A stretch of 64,000 nucleotides of DNA from Nemertoderma westbladi. Taxonomy: Eukaryota; Animalia; Xenacoelomorpha. A model generated the notes under the pieces. The model was not told the origin of the DNA. It searched no databases and saw only the letters and a list, made by a program, of their open reading frames with translations. Of this stretch, positions 33,332-47,400 are shown piece by piece. A program made the translations under genes and the position numbers. How positions within the stretch are numbered: position 1 is the first letter of the stretch; every line of letters starts with the position of its first letter. The stretch is taken from positions 1-64,000 of the forward strand of contig JAUCBJ010002835.1 in NCBI GenBank assembly GCA_032718475.1. The letters are read 5' to 3'.

Positions 33332-34850
33332 CATCGTTAATAATATCAACAATCAGTTAAATATAATCATATGCGAAATAACTTACGAAATAAATAAAAC
33401 TTGCTGGAATACAGTAGTGTCGTAATTAAGTTATGCCATGACCCCCTCCCCATATTTTTATATTTTTAAGTCTTAATTAGATCGCATGAAATTAGTTTCC
33501 ATCTCCCTCCTCCTTGCTGGGTGAGCCAGAACTTTGATTTTACTTTCATTCTTAGCTACAAGCGTTTGAAAAAGGTGTCTCCGTCAATATTACACCAGTC
33601 TTCAACCTTATAGTGATTTTCGGTTGGCCTACTTTTAGAAAGCTGGCTATGCAAAACAGTAACCCTAATAGGGCAACAAACGAGCTGTGAAAAACAATAA
33701 TATTCGATTCTAGGGGAAACTTAGATGCGGCCATAGATCCTAGATACCAACTTAGAACCGCTGGTTGCGATTTGCAGGTGCGACCTTAGATCCTAGATTT
33801 GCGAAATTGTTAGCCTCAATAATATTTTTAATGTTTACGACAGCAATTGAAGTTGAATCAATTTTCCTTGCTTTGATATAGACCCATTATTTATTTGTGT
33901 ACGACAACTTTATAGGCCTACATGTTTATGTATTAATCACCCCCCCCCCCCCCCCCCCCCTATTTAAATTTGAAAAATATGGCAGTTTTTGTATATTGTA
34001 ATTTTTTAGAGATTTTACTTTACTATTGAAGGACAGGACAGTGTTTGTGTTATATGTTTTCAGCTTTTCACCTTATGTAATATTATTAAACGATCCTATG
34101 CCTTTCTTTATTACTACAATAACTCTTCCGACAACATACGTTTTATATACTGTGTAGTAATAATATGTATTATACTGTACGACCATTTGGTATCATCAAT
34201 AAAGCTCCAGATGTCATATTCAGTTTGTATTGCATTGTCTGAGTTTAGGGTTGGGCTCTGGTAATAGCTTAATCTCTATAGGTTGTCAGTACAATTCCGT
34301 TTGGAGTAAGGAACTACAGTATGCAGCTAACTACAACTACAGTATAATACCACACCATTGAAATCGTCTAATGATAATTTATGTCACAAAGTCATCCCAT
34401 TGAACCCTCAACCATTCAGGCTTACAAACTTGTTATGCATATTGAGTTGATTGTTATCAATAATTAAAACTCAAAGTCAGGCGTGCCTTTGCCTTGCCAT
34501 TTACTGTTGATGTTACTGTGATATGAGTAGCCGCGCCGCTGTACTGGTAGTACAAATACATCTTGCTCATACTCATAACAGCATAAACTCATATCCGCAT
34601 AAATATTATGACATACCGGCTGACAGGTATTACAGTATTATTCTTAATTCCAAGGTCATTTCGTATAAATATACTGTAATATAAAGTTGTAAGTTACCGG
34701 TAGGCCTACTTGTTTTGAAGGATATATACAGCTCTATCCCAATATCCTATAGGCCTAACTGCTGAACTGTCAGACTGTATATCACTGTATCACTATATGT
34801 AATGCCTGAATGCTGGATTGCTGGCTGACTTATCAATCCACAATCTGATA

Positions 34851-36260
34851 ATGGGACATTCTCAATCGTTATTGTCAAAAAAAGTAGTTGAACATGAAAA
34901 TGTGTTTACAGCAGAAGAACTTCAACGTTTGAAATGTAATTTTGATTCGATTGCAACATCATCCGATGAGTTGCCCGATAAATGTATTCCCTATGAGAAG
35001 TTTGTTGATAAATTTAGCGCTAATGCTGGCGGCATATTCGGTGGCTTTCTCAAACAGATCATTGTATGTCAGTCTCATCTCGCCCATGATTATAAAGAGC
35101 TGGTAGGTTTGGAATCAGCCGGTCATCATGGCCATTTCGTTAGCTGGTCCGCCTATATCATTACCGTCGCGAAACTCCTCAAACTCTCCTCAACCGAAAC
35201 CTCAACCAAACTGTTACGCAACAGTGTTCGTTGTGAGGAAACCGGCGATGCCCTAAATCATTCCAGTTTACTCGACGTTGTAACACAAATAGTCGATGAT
35301 AGCTACGAGATCTACAAAGATTGCGGGTTACTTAACCACTGGGAAGTAACTTCCGATAAGAATTGTAGTAAAGGTTTGGCCGAGTTCATCCTCAAGCAGT
35401 TGGTAACTTCGGAGAACACAGATGTGGTAGACCTGAGTTTGGTTAACTGCGCCAACAGTTTCCTTCTTCAAACTCTAATAACCATTACGGTTGCCAAAGT
35501 GACGGACATGGGGGTTGCTAAGAATCCCTTACCTACATGCCAAGTTTATCGACCTGGTTTCTGGAAACAGGGATCTCTTCTAGACTTCCCTTCACTCTTG
35601 CTGCTGTCTTCATCCCTAGAATCAAAGTTTAACAAGAATTGGCGTCTTTTATTCACCACTCGTTTTGATGGAGAGAGTTTTACTGGTCTACTGAAGCGCA
35701 TCCAGAACCAGGGACCCACATTGCTGATCGTGCGAGACACCCACGGCTGGGTATTCGGCGCCTTCGCCAGCAAACCCTGGCTCAGCCATCCCCAATTCCG
35801 CGGCGACGCCAACTGCTTCCTCTTCTCGCTGTCCCCGACTACGGGGGTCTACAACGCGACCGGCTACAACGAGCACTACATGTACCTGGACCACGGACAG
35901 GAGACCCTCCCGAACGGACTCGGCTTGGGCGGCCAGTTCGAGTACTTCGGTTTCTGGTTGTCGTCCCATTTCGGTAGTGGACACTCCCGCTGTAACCCCA
36001 CCAACACCACCTTCGGGAGTCCCCAACTCAGCAAAGATACCTACTTCGATATAGAAGTTCTTGAGGTCTGGGCAGTTTCTGAGGAAGTTAAGCCAACCGA
36101 GGGCGCCCATGCCAGCGTTCTCGATAGCAACAAGGATATTCAGGCTATCCTCGACATCGCAGGACGAAGTCGGGTCAGTGAAGGGTTCCGCCCCGAAGAT
36201 CGGAAACATCCGGAGATCCATGAACCGGTTACCGGAGATGCCGTCGCTTCACTCCACTAG
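34851..36260 (+). CDS. MEAK7: TLDc-domain mTOR-associated protein MEAK7 (TLDC1) homolog, single ORF
   Basis: MGHSQS start; TLDc domain (DGESFTGL...GPTLLIVRD...VFGAFAS...LPNGLGLGGQFEYFG); C-terminal SVLD...AILDIAGRSRVSEG. Confidence 0.9.
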   Translation: MGHSQSLLSKKVVEHENVFTAEELQRLKCNFDSIATSSDELPDKCIPYEKFVDKFSANAGGIFGGFLKQIIVCQSHLAHDYKELVGLESAGHHGHFVSWSAYIITVAKLLKLSSTETSTKLLRNSVRCEETGDALNHSSLLDVVTQIVDDSYEIYKDCGLLNHWEVTSDKNCSKGLAEFILKQLVTSENTDVVDLSLVNCANSFLLQTLITITVAKVTDMGVAKNPLPTCQVYRPGFWKQGSLLDFPSLLLLSSSLESKFNKNWRLLFTTRFDGESFTGLLKRIQNQGPTLLIVRDTHGWVFGAFASKPWLSHPQFRGDANCFLFSLSPTTGVYNATGYNEHYMYLDHGQETLPNGLGLGGQFEYFGFWLSSHFGSGHSRCNPTNTTFGSPQLSKDTYFDIEVLEVWAVSEEVKPTEGAHASVLDSNKDIQAILDIAGRSRVSEGFRPEDRKHPEIHEPVTGDAVASLH

Positions 36261-36607
36261 GCCCATCAATGTCTGTCTCGATCCATCATTAACCGCTAAT
36301 TATACTTTGTTTACCCAGCAGTCACCTTAGGAACTCAGCAATAATAGGCTACATGTTGCGCTGTCTGCCTGTAATTGGTGGAGATTGTTTGTGCTAATTT
36401 ATAGTTTCGTAAACAGTTCATCACTGAATGTCGGATTGAATTCTTAATTAATTGTTGTAAAGTTATTAATAATTATTTATTCCAAAATTGTAACATCCTC
36501 TTACTCAACGCCGTTAGTATTAACAGCGAGTTGTTATTTAGCACTTTACAACTTTAGAGGACATTACAGCATTGTATTGGCCTGTACATTTAGTATTGTA
36601 TTGGTGT

Positions 36608-36696
36608 TATTGTTTACGTGGTAACCCTGACGGCGTTAAGTAATGTCCACTAAGGGGACATTACTTAACGCCGTCATGGTTACCACGTAAACAATA
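36608..36696. mobile_element. 89-bp near-perfect hairpin insertion
   Basis: 41-bp arms with one mismatch, 7-nt loop, ggtgt on both flanks. Confidence 0.75.
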
Positions 36697-38472
36697 GGTG
36701 TAAATTTGCCTGACAGCCAGTTAGGCCTACTGCATTACCTACCGGTAGGCGGGGTATAGCTATTAATAACCAGTAGGGCCTAGCTATATTATTATAACAT
36801 GGCTCCAAACGCCACCATAAATATAAGCTAACTTATTTATAACATAATTTATGTAATTTTTACATTTATTTATACGGCAACTAATATAATTTGTGCAGTT
36901 TCTATCACTTATACCGGTAATATATATATACAATCATTTCGTAATGTTACAATTTTGGAATAAACTACAAACATACTTGTTGCAAAGTACTTTACAGTGT
37001 TCTGATCATCGTGGCTTTATTTTCACTCACTCGAACGTTCGTTCGTGTAACAAAGCCACTCGGATCATCACACTGTAAAGTGCTACTTTACACACAAGTA
37101 TGTAAATAGTTATTACTCTCTTATTAACTACACGCATTTTATTTTATAAGAAACATAATATACTATCCAAGAGCCCGTGGTCCATCTTAATTTTTTTCGA
37201 TTTGATGGCTTAGTTCTTAAAAGTTTTTTAAATTGTTGTTTTGTTAGTGCGATGGGGGAGGGGGGGGGGGGGGGGGCTGGGCTTGATACAAATCCAATCT
37301 CGGCGAATTAATATCTCGCATCAATGTTAAATGATAAATTAAGGTAACGTAAATGAGCATGTTACAGGTGCACGGCACGTTATTCTAACCAAAACAATAA
37401 ACCAAAGTCATAAAGTCAATAGAACGTGTTATAGTTTTATTTTGAGATTAATCATCAGTTATTTGCATCGATTTTCCTATAAAGAAGGATTGCTGATCGC
37501 GTCGAAAGCCCCCATCTGTACGTGTAATGTTCGTCCATCTACTTATACTCTGTAGTCACTTGCATTGTATTCTGAATTTTAGTTGCAGTAAATATGAATT
37601 CTATATTATTCTGTGTATATGAATTGGTTGAAATAATTATAAGGGCTCTTGTTTTCCCTGATAGGGGGGACTTAATTTGTTTCGGGGTCAGTTTCTTTAT
37701 ATTGTTTCTTATAAAAAAAATGAGTGTATTAACTTACGATTATCTATAATTTATCATTAACTGCAACTTCAATAAAGTTAATGGGAGTTTTAGAGTGAAT
37801 CTCAATTCCGGAATTACAACGCCGACATTCATAATTGATCATTCATAATATTGTTAATATCATAATTTTAATATTGTTTACGTACAGTAAATAATTTATT
37901 TGCTGCAGTTCTAAATTGTATTCGAACATCTAAAGATTATTTGACGATAAACGTATTTACTATTAAAAGAATTCAAGTCTATTACTCAGTTCGTTGGATG
38001 AGGGTTGGTTCGCGTAGTTAGGGGAGTGTTGTTGTTTAGGCGTGAGGGGTCGGGGGGGGGGGGGGGGGGGGGGGTCTATGAGTTTGGCTTTCTTGTCACT
38101 TCGATACCGGTAGGAAACAATCTCTCGGATTTGTTCAGTAAAAAATTTGTTGTTTGAAATCTGTATCTTGGCATCCATCCTTCACGACATTGAATACTGG
38201 AAATGTATTGATGAAATAGATTCATCTATGTCAGTAAACCTCCAGTTATAAATTTTAAATTCATCTTTATTATTTTATCTTACTAATATTTCAGCTGTGT
38301 AATGTCAACTACCTTGATAGTATAAAGATGGGATAGCACAGATTTGGACCAAATTTTCAAAATTTCTGATTTTTTATTTTAAATTTATAACTTAAGCAGA
38401 ATTTAATGAGGATTTTAAATCTGAAACGTCTAAGAGATGCTTTTTTAGTTCTCGAGTTTTCGCTGTCTGTCC

Positions 38473-41400
38473 GCCTGCCAGTACGTTCCTTAAACAGACC
38501 ACTGACCACTACTACTACTATAATCGGCCTGCCAGTACGTTCCTTAAACAGACCACTAACTACTATAATCGGCCTGCCAGTATGTTCCTTAAACAGACCA
38601 CTGACCACTACTACTACTATAATCGGCCTGCCAGTACGTTCCTTAAACAGACCCCTGACCACTACTACTATAATCGGCCTGCCAGTATGTTCCTTAAACA
38701 GACCCCTGACCACCACTACTATAATCGGCCTGCCAGTATGTTCCTTAAACAGACCACTGACCACTACTACTATAATCGGCCTGCCAGTACGTTCCTTAAA
38801 CAGACCACTGCCACTACTACTATAATCGGCCTGCCAGTACGTTCCTTAAACAGACCACTGACCACTACTACTATAATCGGCCTGCCAGTATGTTCCTTAA
38901 ACAGACCCTGACCACTACTACTATAATCGGCCTGCCAGTATGTTCCTTAAACAGACCCCTGACCACTACTACTATAATCGGCCTGCCAGTATGTTCCTTA
39001 AACAGACCACTGACCACTACTACTATAATCGGCCTGCCAGTACGTTCCTTAAACAGACCACTGACCACTACTACTATAATCGGCCTGCCAGTACGTTCCT
39101 TAAACAGACCCCTGACCACTACTACTATAATCGGCCTGCCAGTATGTTCCTTAAACAGACCCCTGACCACTACTACTATAATCGGCCTGCCAGTATGTTC
39201 CTTAAACAGACCACTGACCACTACTACTATAATCGGCCTGCCAGTACGTTCCTTAAACAGACCACTGACCACTACTACTATAATCGGCCTGCCAGTACGT
39301 TCCTTAAACAGACCCCTGACCACTACTACTATAATCGGCCTGCCAGTATGTTCCTTAAACAGACCACTGACCACTACTACTATAATCGGCCTGCCAGTAC
39401 GTTCCTTAAACAGACCACTGACCACTACTACTATAATCGGCCTGCCAGTACGTTCCTTAAACAGACCCCTGACCACTACTACTATAATCGGCCTGCCAGT
39501 ATGTTCCTTAAACAGACCACTGACCACTACTACTATAATCGGCCTGCCAGTATGTTCCTTAAACAGACCCCTGACCACTACTACTATAATCGGCCTGCCA
39601 GTATGTTCCTTAAACAGACCACTGACCACTACTACTATAATCGGCCTGCCAGTACGTTCCTTAAACAGACCACTGACCACTACTACTATAATCGGCCTGC
39701 CAGTACGTTCCTTAAACAGACCCCTGACCACTACTACTATAATCGGCCTGCCAGTATGTTCCTTAAACAGACCACTGACCACTACTACTACTATAATCGG
39801 CCTGCCAGTATGTTCCTTAAACAGACCACTGACCACTACTACTATAATCGGCCTGCCAGTACGTTCCTTAAACAGACCACTGACCACTAACTACTATAAT
39901 CGGCCTGCCAGTACGTTCCTTAAACAGACCACTGACCACTAACTACTATAATCGGCCTGCCAGTATGTTCCTTAAACAGACCACCACTACTATAATCGGC
40001 CTGCCAGTATGTTCCTTAAACAGACCCCTGACCACTACTACTATAATCGGCCTGCCAGTATGTTCCTTAAACAGACCACTGACCACCACTACTATAATCG
40101 GCCTACCAGTACGTTCCTTAAACAGACCACTGACCACCACTACTATAATCGGCCTGCCAGTACGTTCCTTAAACAGACCCCTGACCACTACTACTATAAT
40201 CGGCCTGCCAGTATGTTCCTTAAACAGACCACTGACCACTACTACTATAATCGGCCTGCCAGTACGTTCCTTAAACAGACCACTGACCACTACTACTATA
40301 ATCGGCCTGCCAGTACGTTCCTTAAACAGACCCCTGACCACTACTACTATAATCGGCCTGCCAGTATGTTCCTTAAACAGACCACTGACCACTACTACTA
40401 TAATCGGCCTGCCAGTATGTTCCTTAAACAGACCCCTGACCACTACTACTATAATCGGCCTGCCAGTATGTTCCTTAAACAGACCACTGACCACTACTAC
40501 TATAATCGGCCTGCCAGTACGTTCCTTAAACAGACCACTGACCACTACTACTATAATCGGCCTGCCAGTACGTTCCTTAAACAGACCCCTGACCACTACT
40601 ACTATAATCGGCCTGCCAGTATGTTCCTTAAACAGACCACTGACCACTACTACTACTATAATCGGCCTGCCAGTATGTTCCTTAAACAGACCACTGACCA
40701 CTACTACTATAATCGGCCTGCCAGTACGTTCCTTAAACAGACCACTGACCACTAACTACTATAATCGGCCTGCCAGTACGTTCCTTAAACAGACCACTGA
40801 CCACTAACTACTATAATCGGCCTGCCAGTATGTTCCTTAAACAGACCACCACTACTATAATCGGCCTGCCAGTATGTTCCTTAAACAGACCCCTGACCAC
40901 TACTACTATAATCGGCCTGCCAGTATGTTCCTTAAACAGACCACTGACCACCACTACTATAATCGGCCTACCAGTACGTTCCTTAAACAGACCACTGACC
41001 ACCACTACTATAATCGGCCTGCCAGTACGTTCCTTAAACAGACCCCTGACCACTACTACTATAATCGGCCTGCCAGTATGTTCCTTAAACAGACCACTGA
41101 CCACTACTACTATAATCGGCCTGCCAGTACGTTCCTTAAACAGACCACTGACCACTACTACTATAATCGGCCTGCCAGTACGTTCCTTAAACAGACCCCT
41201 GACCACTACTACTATAATCGGCCTGCCAGTATGTTCCTTAAACAGACCACTGACCACTACTACTATAATCGGCCTGCCAGTATGTTCCTTAAACAGACCA
41301 CTGACCACTACTACTATAATCGGCCTGCCAGTACGTTCCTTAAACAGACCACTGACCACTAACTACTATAATCGGCCTGCCAGTACGTTCCTTAAACAGA

Positions 41401-44400
41401 CCACTGACCACTAACTACTATAATCGGCCTGCCAGTATGTTCCTTAAACAGACCACCACTACTATAATCGGCCTGCCAGTATGTTCCTTAAACAGACCCC
41501 TGACCACTACTACTATAATCGGCCTGCCAGTATGTTCCTTAAACAGACCACTGACCACCACTACTATAATCGGCCTGCCAGTACGTTCCTTAAACAGACC
41601 ACTGACCACCACTACTATAATCGGCCTGCCAGTACGTTCCTTAAACAGACCCCTGACCACTACTACTATAATCGGCCTGCCAGTATGTTCCTTAAACAGA
41701 CCACTGACCACTACTACTACTATAATCGGCCTGCCAGTATGTTCCTTAAACAGACCACTGACCACTACTACTATAATCGGCCTGCCAGTACGTTCCTTAA
41801 ACAGACCACTGACCACTAACTACTATAATCGGCCTGCCAGTACGTTCCTTAAACAGACCACTGACCACTAACTACTATAATCGGCCTGCCAGTATGTTCC
41901 TTAAACAGACCACCACTACTATAATCGGCCTGCCAGTATGTTCCTTAAACAGACCCCTGACCACTACTACTATAATCGGCCTGCCAGTATGTTCCTTAAA
42001 CAGACCACTGACCACCACTACTATAATCGGCCTACCAGTACGTTCCTTAAACAGACCACTGACCACCACTACTATAATCGGCCTGCCAGTACGTTCCTTA
42101 AACAGACCCCTGACCACTACTACTATAATCGGCCTGCCAGTATGTTCCTTAAACAGACCACTGACCACTACTACTATAATCGGCCTGCCAGTACGTTCCT
42201 TAAACAGACCCCTGACCACTACTACTATAATCGGCCTGCCAGTATGTTCCTTAAACAGACCCCTGACCACTACTACTATAATCGGCCTGCCAGTATGTTC
42301 CTTAAACAGACCACTGACCACTACTACTATAATCGGCCTGCCAGTATGTTCCTTAAACAGACCCCTGACCACTACTACTATAACCGGCCTGCCAGTACGT
42401 TCCTTAAACAGACCACTGACCACTAACTACTATAATCGGCCTGCCAGTGCGTTCCTTAAACAGACCACCACTACTATAATCGGCCTGCCAGTATGTTCCT
42501 TAAACAGACCCCTGACCACTACTACTATAATCGGCCTGCCAGTATGTTCCTTAAACAGACCACTGAACTATAATCGGCCTGCCAGTACGTTCCTTAAACA
42601 GACCCCTGACCACTACTACTATAATCGGCCTGCCAGTATGTTCCTTAAACAGACCACTGACCACTACTACTATAATCGGCCTGCCAGTATGTTCCTTAAA
42701 CAGACCACTGACCACTACTACTATAATCGGCCTGCCACTATGTTCCTTAAACAGACCACTGACCACTACTACTATAATCGGCCTGCCAGTATGTTCCTTA
42801 AACAGACCCCTGACCACCACTACTATAATCGGCCTGCCAGTATGTTCCTTAAACAGACCACTGACCACTACTACTATAATCGGCCTGCCAGTACGTTTCT
42901 TAAACAGACCACTGACCACTAACTACTATAATCGGCCTGCCAGTACGTTCCTTAAACAGACCACCACTACTATAATCGGCCTGCTAGTATGTTCCTTAAA
43001 CAGACCCCTGACCACTACTACTATAATCGGCCTGCCAGTATGTTCCTTAAACAGACCACTGACCACCACTACTATAATCGGCCTGCTAGTATGTTCCTTA
43101 AACAGACCCCTGACCACTACTACTATAATCGGCCTGCCAGTATGTTCCTTAAACAGACCACTGACCACCACTACTATAATCGGCCTGCCAGTACGTTCCT
43201 TAAACAGACCACTGACCACCACTACTATAATCGGCCTGCCAGTACGTTCCTTAAACAGACCCCTGACCACCACTACTATAATCGGCCTGCCAGTATGTTC
43301 CTTAAACAGACCACTGACCACTACTACTATAATCGGCCTGCCAGTACGTTCCTTAAACAGACCACTGACCACTAACTACTATAATCGGCCTGCCAGTACG
43401 TTCCTTAAACAGACCACCACTACTATAATCGGCCTGCTAGTATGTTCCTTAAACAGACCCCTGACCACTACTACTATAATCGGCCTGCCAGTACGTTCCT
43501 TAAACAGACCACTGACCACTACTACTACTATAATCGGCCTGCCAGTATGTTCCTTAAACAGACCCCTGACCACTACTACTATAATCGGCCTGCCAGTATG
43601 TTCCTTAAACAGACCACTGACCACCACTACTATAATCGGCCTACCAGTACGTTCTTCCTTAAACAGACCACTGACCACCACTACTATAATCGGCCTGCCA
43701 GTACGTTCCTTAAACAGACCCCTGACCACTACTACTATAATCGGCCTGCCGGTATGTTCCTTAAACAGACCACTGATCACTACTACTATAATCGGCCTGC
43801 CAGTACGTTCCTTAAACAGACCCCTGACCACTACTACTATAATCGGCCTGCCAGTATGTTCCTTAAACAGACCCCTGACCACTACTACTATAATCGGCCT
43901 GCCAGTATGTTCCTTAAACAGACCACTGACCACTACTACTATAATCGGCCTGCCAGTATGTTCCTTAAACAGACCCCTGACCACTACTACTATAACCGGC
44001 CTGCCAGTACGTTCCTTAAACAGACCACTGACCACTAACTACTATAATCGGCCTGCCAGTGCGTTCCTTAAACAGACCACCACTACTATAATCGGCCTGC
44101 CAGTATGTTCCTTAAACAGACCCCTGACCACTACTACTATAATCGGCCTGCCAGTATGTTCCTTAAACAGACCACTGAACTATAATCGGCCTGCCAGTAC
44201 GTTCCTTAAACAGACCCCTGACCACTACTACTATAATCGGCCTGCCAGTATGTTCCTTAAACAGACCACTGACCACTACTACTATAATCGGCCTGCCAGT
44301 ATGTTCCTTAAACAGACCACTGACCACTACTACTATAATCGGCCTGCCACTATGTTCCTTAAACAGACCACTGACCACTACTACTATAATCGGCCTGCCA

Positions 44401-47400
44401 GTATGTTCCTTAAACAGACCCCTGACCACCACTACTATAATCGGCCTGCCAGTATGTTCCTTAAACAGACCACTGACCACTACTACTATAATCGGCCTGC
44501 CAGTACGTTTCTTAAACAGACCACTGACCACTAACTACTATAATCGGCCTGCCAGTACGTTCCTTAAACAGACCACCACTACTATAATCGGCCTGCTAGT
44601 ATGTTCCTTAAACAGACCCCTGACCACTACTACTATAATCGGCCTGCCAGTATGTTCCTTAAACAGACCACTGACCACCACTACTATAATCGGCCTGCTA
44701 GTATGTTCCTTAAACAGACCCCTGACCACTACTACTATAATCGGCCTGCCAGTATGTTCCTTAAACAGACCACTGACCACCACTACTATAATCGGCCTGC
44801 CAGTACGTTCCTTAAACAGACCACTGACCACCACTACTATAATCGGCCTGCCAGTACGTTCCTTAAACAGACCCCTGACCACCACTACTATAATCGGCCT
44901 GCCAGTATGTTCCTTAAACAGACCACTGACCACTACTACTATAATCGGCCTGCCAGTACGTTCCTTAAACAGACCACTGACCACTAACTACTATAATCGG
45001 CCTGCCAGTACGTTCCTTAAACAGACCACCACTACTATAATCGGCCTGCTAGTATGTTCCTTAAACAGACCCCTGACCACTACTACTATAATCGGCCTGC
45101 CAGTACGTTCCTTAAACAGACCACTGACCACTACTACTACTATAATCGGCCTGCCAGTATGTTCCTTAAACAGACCCCTGACCACTACTACTATAATCGG
45201 CCTGCCAGTATGTTCCTTAAACAGACCACTGACCACCACTACTATAATCGGCCTACCAGTACGTTCTTCCTTAAACAGACCACTGACCACCACTACTATA
45301 ATCGGCCTGCCAGTACGTTCCTTAAACAGACCCCTGACCACTACTACTATAATCGGCCTGCCGGTATGTTCCTTAAACAGACCACTGATCACTACTACTA
45401 TAATCGGCCTGCCAGTACGTTCCTTAAACAGACCCCTGACCACTACTACTATAATCGGCCTGCCAGTATGTTCCTTAAACAGACCCCTGACCACTACTAC
45501 TATAATCGGCCTGCCAGTATGTTCCTTAAACAGACCACTGACCACTACTACTATAATCGGCCTGCCAGTATGTTCCTTAAACAGACCCCTGACCACTACT
45601 ACTATAACCGGCCTGCCAGTACGTTCCTTAAACAGACCACTGACCACTAACTACTATAATCGGCCTGCCAGTGCGTTCCTTAAACAGACCACCACTACTA
45701 TAATCGGCCTGCCAGTATGTTCCTTAAACAGACCCCTGACCACTACTACTATAATCGGCCTGCCAGTATGTTCCTTAAACAGACCACTGACCACCACTAC
45801 TATAATCGGCCTGCCAGTACGTTCCTTGAACAGACCCCTGACCACTACTACTATAATCGGCCTGCCAGTATGTTCCTTAAACAGACCACTGACCACTACT
45901 ACTATAATCGGCCTGCCAGTATGTTCCTTAAACAGACCACTGACCACTACTACTATAATCGGCCTGCCACTATGTTCCTTAAACAGACCACTGACCACTA
46001 CTACTATAATCGGCCTGCCAGTATGTTCCTTAAACAGACCCCTGACCACCACTACTATAATCGGCCTGCCAGTATGTTCCTTAAACAGACCACTGACCAC
46101 TACTACTATAATCGGCCTGCCAGTACGTTTCTTAAACAGACCACTGACCACTAACTACTATAATCGGCCTGCCAGTACGTTCCTTAAACAGACCACCACT
46201 ACTATAATCGGCCTGCTAGTATGTTCCTTAAACAGACCCCTGACCACTACTACTATAATCGGCCTGCCAGTATGTTCCTTAAACAGACCACTGACCACCA
46301 CTACTATAATCGGCCTGCTAGTATGTTCCTTAAACAGACCCCTGACCACTACTACTATAATCGGCCTGCCAGTATGTTCCTTAAACAGACCACTGACCAC
46401 CACTACTATAATCGGCCTGCCAGTACGTTCCTTAAACAGACCACTGACCACCACTACTATAATCGGCCTGCCAGTACGTTCCTTAAACAGACCCCTGACC
46501 ACCACTACTATAATCGGCCTGCCAGTATGTTCCTTAAACAGACCACTGACCACTACTACTATAATCGGCCTGCCAGTACGTTCCTTAAACAGACCACTGA
46601 CCACTAACTACTATAATCGGCCTGCCAGTACGTTCCTTAAACAGACCACCACTACTATAATCGGCCTGCTAGTATGTTCCTTAAACAGACCCCTGACCAC
46701 TACTACTATAATCGGCCTGCCAGTACGTTCCTTAAACAGACCACTGACCACTACTACTACTATAATCGGCCTGCCAGTATGTTCCTTAAACAGACCACTG
46801 ACCACTACTACTACTATAATCGGCCTGCCAGTACGTTCCTTAAACAGACCACTGACCACTAACTACTATAATCGGCCTGCCAGTACGTTCCTTAAACAGA
46901 CCACCACTACTATAATCGGCCTGCTAGTATGTTCCTTAAACAGACCCCTGACCACTACTACTATATTCGGCCTGCCAGTATGTTCCTTAAACAGACCACC
47001 ACTACTATAATCGGCCTGCTAGTATGTTCCTTAAACAGACCCCTGACCACTACTACTATAATCGGCCTGCCAGTATGTTCCTTAAACAGACCACTGACCA
47101 CCACTACTATAATCGGCCTGCCAGTACGTTCCTTAAACAGACCACTGACCACCACTACTATAATCGGCCTGCCAGTACGTTCCTTAAACAGACCCCTGAC
47201 CACCACTACTATAATCGGCCTGCCAGTATGTTCCTTAAACAGACCACTGACCACTACTACTATAATCGGCCTGCCAGTACGTTCCTTAAACAGACCACTG
47301 ACCACTAACTACTATAATCGGCCTGCCAGTACGTTCCTTAAACAGACCACCACTACTATAATCGGCCTGCTAGTATGTTCCTTAAACAGACCCCTGACCA

